A stretch of DNA of 64,000 nt, taken from Octopus vulgaris. Its lineage: Eukaryota. Position 1 is the first letter of the stretch. Each line of letters opens with the position of its first letter. The stretch is from the NCBI GenBank assembly GCA_951406725.2, contig OX597814.1, forward strand, positions 169,632,001 through 169,696,000, written 5' to 3'. Shown piece by piece: positions 53,096 through 64,000 of this stretch. The position numbers and the translations under genes are program-made. The notes below the pieces were generated by a model. It made no database searches, was not told the origin of the DNA, and saw nothing but the letters and a program-made list of their open reading frames with translations.

Positions 53096-53915
53096 TATAT
53101 ATATATGTATGTCTGTGTGTCTTTGTATCTGTGTTTATCCTTCACCACCACTTAACAACTGGTGTTGCTATGTTTACGTCCCCATAACTTAACAATTCAG
53201 CAGAAAGGACAGATCAAATAAGTATCAGGCTTAACAAAGACATTATTTACTGAAGTCGATTCATTCGACTAAAAATTCTTCAAGGAGATGCCCCAGCATG
53301 GCCATGGTCTAAAAGTAAGAAATAAAAAAGAAAAGACAAAAGAATATTTGTGTCATATGTCTCACCAAGGTGAGGTGTTACCTAACTTCTAAATAAGTAT
53401 GGATTAATGATGAGTAGGGCATCCAGCCATAGAAAATTTGCCTCAAAAAACTGCTTCCAACCCATGCAAGCATGAAAAAGTGAACGCTAAAATGAGGATT
53501 TTTTTATCCCCCACTGCCAAAGAGGTTTGGCCTGTAAGAGCCCTGTGCTGGTGCCATGTAAAAAGGCATCTGTGTCAGCACCACACAAAAAGTATCTGTG
53601 CCAGTAGCACCTGTGCTGGCATCACATGATACCACCTGTGCTGGCATCACATAAAACTATGTTGTACCTGTGTCACCTAAAAAACCACCCAGCACACTCT
53701 ATAAAATGGTTAGTATTAGGAAAGGCATCCAGCTGTAGAAACCAAGCCAAATCAGACTGGAACCTAGTGAGCTCTAGTACTTGCCAACTCTGGTCAATCG
53801 TCCTACCTAAGTCAGCATAGAAAATGGACATTAAAAGTAATGATGATGATGATGGTGATGATGATGACGATGATGATGATGATGATGATGATGAGCTTGA
53901 GTGTGTGCGTGTGTA

Positions 53916-53958
<43 letters not shown>

Positions 53959-54115
53959 GTTATTATTATTATTATCATTATTATTATTATTACTTAAAAC
54001 AATTTGGTTTGGCAACTTAAAGTTTCATATCCTCATTACAGGAACCTAGTTTGTTGGACTCAGAAAGCTGAAACAAATTCAGACTCATACAAAGACAGTC
54101 AACCAGCCACTCAGG

Positions 54116-54147
<32 letters not shown>

Positions 54148-54299
54148 GACAAGTACAGACAGACAGGTAGATAGGCAGACAGACGGATGTATGTTGGTCA
54201 ATGTATGTGAGTGTATGTGCATTTGTGTGTGAAAAGTTAAATAACTGCAAATTCAAATTAATATATGAGTGATAAATAGCAAAAGATTATTTACATAAT

Positions 54300-54690
54300 A
54301 GTGTGATAACTAGCAATATCAGTACCTATATGGCTGTGAAAATCATCAATATCAATGTCTATATGGGTGTGATAATTAGCATAATAAAAATGAGCATGAA
54401 GCCAGTGTATATGCAAGTATAACATTTTGTAACACTAGTGTACTTACGTATATATGAATATGATAATTAGTAACACCTGTGTGTATATATGAATATGATA
54501 ATTAGTAACACCTGTGTGTATACAGGTGTGGTAACTTGCCATAAAAATCTCTATATATGAGATAATTAATATCATTGTCTATATAGGTGTGATAACTAGT
54601 AATGCTGATATCTGTATAAGTGTGAAAACTAGTAATTCCAGTGAATATATAAATGTAATGACTAACAATACTAATAATATATATATTAGT
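54300..54690 (+). repeat. Degenerate ~32-34-bp minisatellite (GTGTGATAA(C/T)TAG(C/T)AA...)
   Basis: Two identical 34-bp units at ~54452-54521. The same motif resumes at 56274-56360 and 56700-56760. Confidence 0.7.
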
Positions 54691-54754
54691 GCAAGCATAT
54701 TCTGATGTTGTTGTTGAAAACTATGCGGAAGCTCATTTTGTGTATGTATGTATG

Positions 54755-54849
<95 letters not shown>

Positions 54850-54852
<3 letters not shown>

Positions 54853-55250
54853 ATTAAGTTTATGTCAAGTAACTCTAAAATTAAAAATTCTATATACCAG
54901 TGTATAATCAGTACTCGTAATAAAGTACGATTTTACATTGGAAGCACGTCGTTAGAGTTATCTAAAAGAATTTCTATCCATTACTCAGCATTTAGGGATA
55001 GGAATAAATGTAACAGTACTGGGCTCAGTAAATTAATTTGGGATCTAAAAGACTACAATGAACAATTTAATTTAGAATGGTTGATTCTCTCAATCTCAAT
55101 ACCTTATGACAAATGCAAGAAATTCTGTCTTCTCTGTAATTCTGAACTATTTTTCATTATTTTTTCTAAAAAACCCCTAGTAAATACGGTTATAGAGTAT
55201 GCATACCGATGTAAACATTAGCAAAAACACACCTTTAGTTCATATAAGTA
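54850..55250 (+). pseudogene. Penelope-like element GIY-YIG endonuclease fragment
   Basis: NSIYQCII...FYIGST...KRISIHYSAF...STGLSKLIWDLK...W...YDKCKKFCLLCNSE...RCKH, the GIY-YIG domain with the C-terminal CxLC..CxH typical of PLEs. 5'-truncated at (TA)n, with a stop at 55219. Confidence 0.9.
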
Positions 55251-55465
55251 ATCTCTATCATTATATATATATATATATATCATTATATATAATTTTTTTT
55301 TAATATTTAACATTCACTAAAAAAATATTCCTCCTCTTTTTATAGGCTACTTATGATGTTATATCATATAACGTCTTTTCAAACAATATTAATAGCATTC
55401 AGTAAATCACTATACATATCCATCATTTACTGTTAAAATGTCTTATTGATAAGTTTCATTTCTTC

Positions 55466-55552
55466 ACTTCCCTGAAGAGAAGATTACATTGCTTTACACC
55501 ATTTATTCTTTTGAATAATATCAGTGAAATCTTCGAAACTTGTGTCGGAAGT
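55466..55552 (+). ncRNA. Type-I hammerhead ribozyme (Penelope pseudo-LTR)
   Basis: ACTTCC | CTGAAGA | GAAGATT...AATCTTC | GAAA | C-TTGT-G | TC | GGAAGT. All core nucleotides are present, with a 6-bp stem I, a 7-bp or longer stem II and a GUC triplet. It lies ~220 nt downstream of the GIY-YIG ORF. Confidence 0.85.
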
Positions 55553-56897
55553 AAAAGTATTTGAATTATACCTGTGTTAAACTCCATTTATTTATTCATA
55601 TATTATACAAAAAATTCCACATAAACCCGAAGTTTCTACCTTTAAAAACAAGGCGTTACAACCTCTTTACTTGTGTGATTTTTTGCTTCCCTGGTAACTA
55701 TTTATCTATTTTGTCCGTGTTAATTGTTGACAAGGGAAAAATACAGTCATCTATTTATATATATATATATATCGTTGCTATTATGCAAAAGTGTTGTAAG
55801 TCCAAAATGTTGCTTTTTCATAAAATGAAAAAATAGTTTCACCATTCCTTAGCAAAACCATTGTACTACACTTTGTCAATTTTTGATATCTCAGCATCTG
55901 AAGCAGCTGGAAGTATGATGATAGTTTGACCAAAAGAACTGGCTATTTGCATATTTATTCTTAATTGGAACAACTATTGCTGTTTGTGATAACAATAAGA
56001 ATTTTTTCATTTCTCCAACAACAAAAGTTCTTGTTATTGAAACAATTTAGCCATAAAGTGATTCAATTTTGAGTGAAATACTAATAATTCTTTAATTCTA
56101 GTAATTCTTTAATAGCTTCATATATTCAATGCAAGGATAATCTAGGGATTATTGATAGAACTGGAATAACTTACAAAATAGGTAGCTACAGCTGTTTCCT
56201 TTACTGATGTCTTGAGAATTCATTATTTGAGTAAAGGGTATATTGTAATACTGGTGTCTATATGTTTATGTAGGTGTGATAACTAGTAATGTCTGTGTCA
56301 GAATAATTACAAGTAATACCAATGAATATATGAGTGTGATAACTATTAACAAGAGTGTTTATAATCATCATCATCATCATCATCATCATTTAACGTCTGT
56401 TTTCCATGCTAGCATGAGTTGGACGGTTCGACCGGGGTCTGGGAAGCCAGAAGGCTGCACCAGGCTCCAGTCTGATCTGGCAGTGTTTCTACAGCTGGAT
56501 GCCCTTCCTAATGCCAACCACTCCGTGAGTATAGTGGGTGCTTTTTACGTGCCACCGGCACAGGTGCCAGGCAAGGCTGGCAATGGCCATGATCAGTTGG
56601 TGCTTTTTATGTACCACCGGCATGGAAGCCGGTCAAGGCGGCGCTGGCAACGGCCACGTTCGGATGGTGCTTCTTATGTGCCACTGGCACCGGCATAATG
56701 AGTGTAATAATTAGCAATGGCAGTATCTGTATGCTTGTGTGTAAAAAATGGTAATACTGCATAGAAGGTAGATGTAGGTCCTGAATGCAGAGTATGTGCA
56801 AAAGTCATATAGAAATGAAGACTGAATAAAAATGAAGCTAGCATAGGAAGGCTGGATTGAAATAAACCAAGCGTGCAGAGGCTGGATAGAAAGTAAG

Positions 56898-57410
56898 ACG
56901 GACAAACGGATTAAGTCGATTACATCGACCCCAGTGTGTACTGGTACTTAATTTATTGACCCTGAAAGGATGAAAGGCAAAGTCAACCTCTGTTCAAATT
57001 CTGCCTAGGTCGACTTTGCCTTTCATCCTTTCAGGGTCAATAAATTAAGTACCAGGCAGTAATTAAAAAGTCGGTGAGCTGGCAGAAACATTAGCATGCC
57101 GGGCAAAATGCATAGCCGTATTTCGTCTGTCATTACGTTCTGAGTTCAAATTCCGCTGAGGTCGACTTTGCTTTTCATCCTTTCAGGGTTGATAAATTAA
57201 GTACCAGTTACGCACTGGGGTCGATGTAATTGACTTAATCCCTTTGTCTGTTCTTGTTTGTCCTCTCTGTGTTTAGCCTCTTGTGGGTAGTAAAGAAATA
57301 GATAAATTAAGTACCAGTACACACTGGGGTCAATGTAATCGACTTAATACCTTTATCTGTCCTTGTTTGTCCCCTCTATGTTTAGGCCCTTGTGGGCAAT
57401 AAAGAAATAA
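56898..57410. mobile_element. Cluster of SINE family B (full copy ~57070-57300 +, inverted pair, tandem 3' half)
   Basis: B-box GAGTTCAAATTCC, then GTCGACTTTGCCTTTCATCCTTTC..GGTCGATAAATTAAGTACCAG (recalled as Meta/MESC-domain-like). Other copies at ~85-240, 9590-9850 and 18410-18590. Confidence 0.85.
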
Positions 57411-57812
57411 GAAAGTAAGTAAGCATGAGAAGACTGGATAGAAATGAAGTAAGAATGCTCTGTTTGATGTGTAATGCTCATGTACATGAGAGATAAGCTG
57501 AGTATACATGGGGCCATATATAATATGCAGGCAAAGATGACTGTATTGGTACAGACATGTGATGTGTCTGGATAACGAGGGATGCATAAAAGAAGTTCTA
57601 GATGGTCCAAGTTGAACGAAACTATAGGTAAAGAAGACCAAGGTTGACACAAGCAGAATTGGTAAAAAAAAAAGTGACTTCATCATCATCATCATCATCA
57701 TCATTATTACGAACATGTTGATCATTGTAGGTGCAGGAGTGGCTGTGTGGTAAGTAGCTTGCTTTCGTAGTAGTCGTCGTCTACGTCATCATCGTCGTCG
57801 TCGTCGTCGTCG

Positions 57813-57972
<160 letters not shown>

Positions 57973-58000
57973 TATTATTACAAACATGTTGATCATTGTA

Positions 58001-58420
58001 GGTGCAGGAGTGGCTGTGTGGTAAGTAGCTTGCTTACCAAGCACATGGTTCCGGGTTCAGTCCCACTGCATGGAACCTTGGGCAAGTGTCTTCTACTATA
58101 GCCTCGGGCCAACCAAAGCCTTGTGAGTGGATTTAGTAGACGGAAACTGAGAAGAAACCCGTCGTATATATGTATATATATATATATATATGTATGTGTA
58201 TATGTATGTTTGTGTGTCTGTATTTGTTCCCCCAACATCTCTTGACAACCAATGCTGGTGTATTTACGTCCCCATAACTTAGTGGTTCAGCAAAAGAGAC
58301 CGATAGAATAAGTACTAAGCTTACAAAGAATAAGTCCTGGGGTCGATTTGCTCAACTAAAGGCGGTGCTCCAGCATGGCCACAGTCAAATGACTGAAACA
58401 AATAATAGAATAATAGAATA
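58001..58420 (+). mobile_element. SINE family A copy
   Basis: Colinear with 4670-5144. Further partial copies lie at ~18610-18885(+), 37118-37270(+), 44216-44580(-), 49748-49945 plus 50425-50577(-), 53110-53330(+) and 28530-28720(+). Confidence 0.9.
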
Positions 58421-58658
58421 ATTGTTGATTATGATGATGACAATAATGGTGTTATATTATTGTAACTCTACTGTAATTCAATTAATTCATTTCAACCATG
58501 AAATTGCAACATATTACAGTGTATAAAGAGATAAATAGAATCATAAACATTTGTGGTTAAGTGCATATGACAAAGGCCAAGATTAGCAACAGTACATTAA
58601 GAACTCCTTTGTGGTTGCTAATAATAATAACAATAATAATAATAATAATAATAATAAC

Positions 58659-58689
<31 letters not shown>

Positions 58690-58698
58690 GTAATAATG

Positions 58699-58740
<42 letters not shown>

Positions 58741-58749
58741 GTAGTAGTA

Positions 58750-58789
<40 letters not shown>

Positions 58790-58810
58790 TGATAATAATA
58801 ATAATGCGAA

Positions 58811-59141
58811 GGCGCATGGCTCAGTGGTTAGAGCTTCGAGCTTATGATCGTGAGGTTGTGAGTTCGAATCCCAGACCGGGCTGCGTGCTGTGTTCTTGAG
58901 CAAGACACTTTATTTCACGTTGCTCCAGTTCAGTCAGCTGTAGAAATGAGTTCCGACATCACAGGTGTCAAGCTGTATCGGCTCTTTCCTTTCCCTTGGA
59001 TAACATTGGTGTCGTGGAGAGGGGAGGCCAGTATGCATGGGCGACTGTCGGTCTTCCATAAACAACCTTGCTCGGACTTGTGCCTGGGAGGGTAACTTTC
59101 TTGGTGTAATCCTATGGTCAGTCATGACTGAAGGGGGTCTC

Positions 59142-59180
<39 letters not shown>
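58811..59180 (+). mobile_element. tRNA-derived CORE-type SINE family D with (AAT)n tail
   Basis: A box TGGCTCAGTGG, B box GAGTTCGAATCCC, CORE-like GTGTTCTTGAGCAAGACACTT. Degenerate relatives at ~20734-20820 and 32785-32930. Confidence 0.85.
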
Positions 59181-59279
59181 CCCAATCACAAATAACTAAT
59201 GCATGGAATTACATGGTCAGTTTCACTGTGAAACTAACAACTTAAAAGACCACGAAGCATCATGGAGGTGACTCAGCAA

Positions 59280-59860
59280 AGATAACCTTAAAAAGAAAAC
59301 TGAGAACCTAATCATTGCTGCCCAGGATCAGGCATTGAATACCAATTCAGTGAAGGGGGCAAATACCACACAAGTGCAACAAACCTCTGCAGAATGTGTG
59401 GGAAGAGGGTCGAAAGTGCAGACACTACAAGGTAGCCCGAAACCTTCACTGGCTACTATGCTGGAAGTGTGGATACGAGGTAACAGGTACTTGCTGCCAG
59501 CATACACTAGAAAAGTAATGGACGAAAAGGGGAAGGCAAAGATCCTCTGGATCTTTGACTTCTGGATAGACAAGGTGTTAGAGTGCCAAAAGCCCAATAT
59601 AGTAACCTTTAGTAGGGACAAACAAGAGTAGCCTAATAATCGTGTGCCAGAAGATCAAAATATCCTGAAAGAAAGAGAGAAGACTGATAAATAGGGAAAC
59701 CTCAGAATTGAGATCTCCAAGATGTGACAGCCACAAGAGTTAAACATAAAGGTTGTCCCTGCTTTCATTGGAGCATTGGGTTTAATACCACCCAACCTCA
59801 AGAAACATCTTGCTCTCCTTTGTTTCCCAACTGGGGGATCCATGTATTTACTCTACTGCA
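59280..59860 (+). pseudogene. R4/Dong-type non-LTR retrotransposon C-terminus (restriction-like endonuclease)
   Basis: LKKKTENLIIAAQDQALNTN...KILW...KPNIV...VPEDQNILKEREK.DK..NLRIEI...VVPAFIGALGLIP. Confidence 0.85.
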
Positions 59861-60903
59861 AGGCGCCTACATTCATCTCTCAACTGACACAAATCCACAC
59901 CCCCATTCCCAGTTAAGAGATTTTTGTTTTGCAAGGTACTTGGTGACTCTGTCAGTGCTGGTACCAGATAAAATGCACTGGTGTTTGTTGTGTCTATACA
60001 GCAGCAAACTGGCAAACAAGTAAAACACATACTCTGAGTATGTGCAATCGATAATATGTATGTGTATATATATATATATATATATAATAATGAGGGAATA
60101 TTATTCCAAACTTACAAGGAAAAAATTCACTTTAGAAATACTAAATCGAATTTCACAAGATATGATATATATATACAAGATAAAAACCACCTTTTAGCAG
60201 TTCAATAATGAAAAATTAAATTATACCATTTAGAAAATTATATATTATAGAAAGGTTAAATATACGATAAAACATATAACGATGATTAAGTAATGTGCAA
60301 AATAATAAATAAAATGTATATATTTAGTATATATATATATCTTAATAGAAGTGTACAGTATTATATATACATTATGGCTGATTTTACCAATCGGTTTTGT
60401 GCTAGGAGTTCAGCAGAGTGTTAAGTAACAGTCTAGTTATGTAACCCTGCACTCTTCAGAGGTAGCTGTTAAGAAATGAAATATGGTGTAAATATATCTG
60501 TAGCACTCTAAGTACACATACATATATTCCAAATACACATATATGCAATTCCTTCTTTGATAAAAACATTTCTCTATATACATTTTTACTGTGTTCATTA
60601 TACAATATATAATATATCAAACCTGCATTTGATTTCATTGGTAAAAGTTTTCATCTGAAAGCTGCTTTACAAAAATGCAGTAGAATTTGCATAGACAAAC
60701 GTCTCTGTTGAAATAATAAAAAAAAATAAATAAAAGTGTTAATATGACAGCTATTTTCTGCAATGTTTTTTTTGTTTTTTTTTCTGGAAATTCTTGCAAA
60801 TAATATTGATTTCTGCTAATCAGCTTTTCAGCAATTCTGTAAGTTACAGAAACTATATTTAGCAACTTAACCACATTTTCTACTTAACAGAATTATGCTT
60901 TGT

Positions 60904-60938
<35 letters not shown>

Positions 60939-61781
60939 TATGAGTGTGTTTTTGTGTGTTCTATACATATGTTTGTGCTTTTGTGTATGTGTGCATGTTA
61001 TTGTGTTATGTATATGTGTTTATGTACCTGTGCTTATTTATCAATATGTGTGCTATTGTGTGTATGCATCTGTCTGCATGTAGATGTATTATTTTAGTGT
61101 GTGTGTGTGTGTACAAATGTATTGTAGGTGTGTGTGTGTGTACAAATGTATTGTAGGTGTGTGTGTATGTGTGTGTATGCGAATGTATGCATATGTGTTG
61201 TATGTGTGTGCTTACATATGTGTTGTAATGTGTGTCTATGCATATGTGTATATGTGTGTGCACTGTATGTTTGTGTATGTGTGTGTATATGCATGTGTGT
61301 AATGTATGCATCTATGTACAGATCTGTGTACGGATTTATCTATGATAGATTTTTATGTGTGTGTGTATACACTTTTGTGTCTATATATCTATCTTTATAT
61401 ACATGTGCATGCGTATGAATGCGTGTGTATGAATGCGTGTGTATATAAATGCATGTGTACTTGTAGTGTACGAATGTATGTGTATATAAATGTATGTGCG
61501 TATGAATGTATGTGTGTTTGTTGTGTATGAATGTATGTGTGTCTGTAGTCTATGAATATGTGTATATAAATGTATGTGTATGAATGTGTGTGTGTATGTA
61601 TGTGTCTATGAATGTACATGTGTTTGTCATGTATGTCTGTATGAATGTATGTGTGTCTGTTGTGTATGAATGTATGTGTGTATAAATGTGTGTTTGTTGT
61701 GTATGAATGTATGTGTCTATGAATGTATGTGTGTACGAATGTATGTGTGTATGTGTGCATATTTATGTGCCCATCTGATAT

Positions 61782-61840
61782 ATTCAACTGATGAAGGCAG
61801 AGCTTATTTGAAGCAAAGCTAGAAATCCAGGATCTTGAAT
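61782..61840 (+). ncRNA. Type-I hammerhead ribozyme (stem II closing pair mismatched)
   Basis: ATTCAA | CTGATGA | aGGC...GCTa | GAAA | TCCAGGA | TC | TTGAAT. Confidence 0.7.
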
Positions 61841-62081
61841 TATTCAGTAATATCTTTTTGCTAGTCTATTTTGTCCCTCTATCTTATCTCATGGTACGAT
61901 ATGAACATTTAATGTGGTTTTTAGAGTCAGGGATTTGACTGCTATTTCGGCATGGTGGTGTCTCTCAGACACCCTTATTTATAGTTGTAAAAAAATTATT
62001 ACCTTTGTATGGTATTTATTCCCATGCTGGCCACTTGATAATATCGATATTTAAATATTGATATTATCCTTATTTATAAAA

Positions 62082-62112
<31 letters not shown>

Positions 62113-62937
62113 TATATAATACAAAATAAGAAAATGGAGAAATACATCGAAATCAAATATCAATTACCAGATAATACTCAATCACATACTTTATTAAACC
62201 ACCACATAAGAAACTATAAGGTTAAACATAATAATGTAGGGTAAAACAGTGTACATGAAGGAGTGTACATAAAATAGTAATGTTATACAATAAGTAGAAT
62301 ACGTATAATAGAAAATAAATATAAGTACACATAAATATAAATATAGACTATATGTTACAGCTGTTTCGGCCATGTAGATAAGCATGTCTCGTTTAACTTA
62401 TATTAGCCATTTATGCAGTATATTGGATATATGTTATCCCATGGAGGGTTGAATTTACAACCCCTATCTCAATTTGTATCATCATCATCATCATCGTTTA
62501 ACGTCCGTTCTCCATGCTAGCATGGGTTGGACGGTTCGACCGGGGATCTGGGAAACCAGAAGGCTGCACCAGGCTCCAGTCTTATCTGGCAATGTTTCTA
62601 CAGCTGGATGCCCTTCCTAACGCCAACCACTCCGTGAGTGTAGTGGGTGCTTTTTACGTGCCACCTGCACAGGTGCCAGGCGAGGCTGGCAACGGCCACG
62701 GTCGGACTGGTGTATTTTATGTGCCACCGGCACGGAAGCCAGTCGAGGCGCCGCTAGCATCGGCCACGAGTCGAATAGTGCTTTTTACGTACCACCAGAC
62801 CAGGGATCCTGGCTGGTTCAATTCGATTTCGATTTCGCTTGCCCTAACATGTCTTCGCAAGCAAAGGGGGTTGGCATGGGTGCCTGTCGTACGGTTGGAT
62901 TGGGGTATTTTACGTGCCACCGGCACGGAAGCCAGTG

Positions 62938-63004
<67 letters not shown>

Positions 63005-63061
63005 CGAAACGTCACTACAAAGCAGTGTGTAAGTATAAGCAGAATTAGTTAAGAGGAAATA

Positions 63062-63446
63062 TGTTTGTCACATATCTCAACTGCAAAAAGACAAATACAC
63101 TGCAGTTACTGTGGGGGGAAAAATCTCTCTTATAGTAAAAAGGTTTAAAAACACCTGTTTATTCAGTGTCACCATCCATTAGGAATCCTAGACATCGATG
63201 TTTCGAGTTTTTGACTCTTGTCAATGAGATACACCTAAGAGAGACAACTCTGAACGAACTTGATAAAGGTGTAGCTTTATTTATAATTCAGTAAAAAAAA
63301 AATCGAAACATTGATGTCTGGGATTCTTAATAGTTGGCAATACTGAACAAACCGATGTTTTCACACCTTTTTACCATAAGGGAGATTTTTTCTCCCTGGT
63401 AACTGCAATGTATTTGCCTTTTAACAGTTTAAATATGTCACAAACA
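63062..63446. repeat. Diverged inverted repeat (~150-bp arms) with decayed hammerhead halves
   Basis: 63062-63212 aligns to the reverse complement of 63293-63446. Both arms contain TCGAAACAT(C/T)GATGTC. The minus strand of the left arm reads tTGACaA-GAGT-caaaa-ACTC-GAAA-CATCGATG-TC. Confidence 0.8.
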
Positions 63447-63455
63447 CACACACAC

Positions 63456-63509
<54 letters not shown>

Positions 63510-63662
63510 AAACACCCACTACACTCACGGAGTGGTTGGCGTTAGGAAGGGCATCCAGCCGTAGATACACTGCCAAATCTGACTGGGCCTGATGAAGCCT
63601 TCCGGCTTCACAGACTCCAGTTAAACCGTCCAACCCATGCTAGCATGGAAAACGGACGCTAA

Positions 63663-63694
<32 letters not shown>

Positions 63695-63709
63695 ATATAT
63701 ATATATGTA

Positions 63710-63931
63710 CAGTAATCCCGCTACTATTTCAAGTGTTACATTCCAAAATGCCCCACAATAGGTGAAAATCCACGAAATAGAAACAGTACTGTACAGTATT
63801 TTTTTTTTATTATTCTTATAATTTGTATATATTTATTTTATTATAAATGCAAAACAACACCACAGAGGAATCAACATAAGCTTAAATAATAAACCACAAT
63901 CAGTGAACTGCAATATAGTGAGGGATTACTC
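63710..63931. mobile_element. Tigger/pogo-like MITE
   Basis: TA | CAGTAATCCC...GGGATTACTC | TA. A second Tigger-like start CAGGGATACCTC at ~63952 runs off the window. Confidence 0.7.
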
Positions 63932-64000
63932 TATATATATATATATATATACAGGGATACCTCAGCTTAAGTCATTTTGACTTAAGTCATTCTGAAAGAT

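Noticed and set aside
58811-58885. tRNA gene (also 26937-27010)
   Set aside because: A and B boxes are present but the acceptor stem is poor and the sequence runs into a SINE body and tail. These are SINE heads.
63588-63600. CTGATGA core
   Set aside because: It is a mutated CTGGTGCA of the RTE tail, with no matching stems.

Overview
AT-rich eukaryotic DNA saturated with repeats. It looks like intron or intergenic sequence from an animal, most likely a coleoid cephalopod (Octopus-like); this is inferred from the SINE/LINE spectrum and microsatellite density, not from a database search. I can support no intact host gene. Nearly all ORFs in the supplied track are translations of (TA)n, (CA)n, (TACA)n, (GAT)n or (AAT)n microsatellites or of SINE bodies. 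The window is a mosaic of decayed mobile elements: RTE-type LINEs (with about 25 free-standing copies of their 3' UTR), R4/Dong-type restriction-like-endonuclease LINEs, CR1/L2-type fragments, Penelope-like RT and GIY-YIG fragments, one full-length and three partial mariners, four tRNA-derived SINE families, and hAT-, piggyBac-, Merlin-, Tigger- and possibly Crypton- and Helitron-like non-autonomous elements. The most interesting hidden structure is at the RNA level. (1) About ten type-I hammerhead ribozyme motifs from at least six sequence families, most with a family-specific self-complementary stem III and several arranged as inverted pairs. (2) A hairpin plus H-type pseudoknot module repeated 1-4 times in the RTE 3' UTR. 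(3) A C4HC3 PHD finger inserted inside the RTE reverse transcriptase, seen in two diverged copies. Coordinates were read by eye and may be off by a few bases at decayed boundaries.
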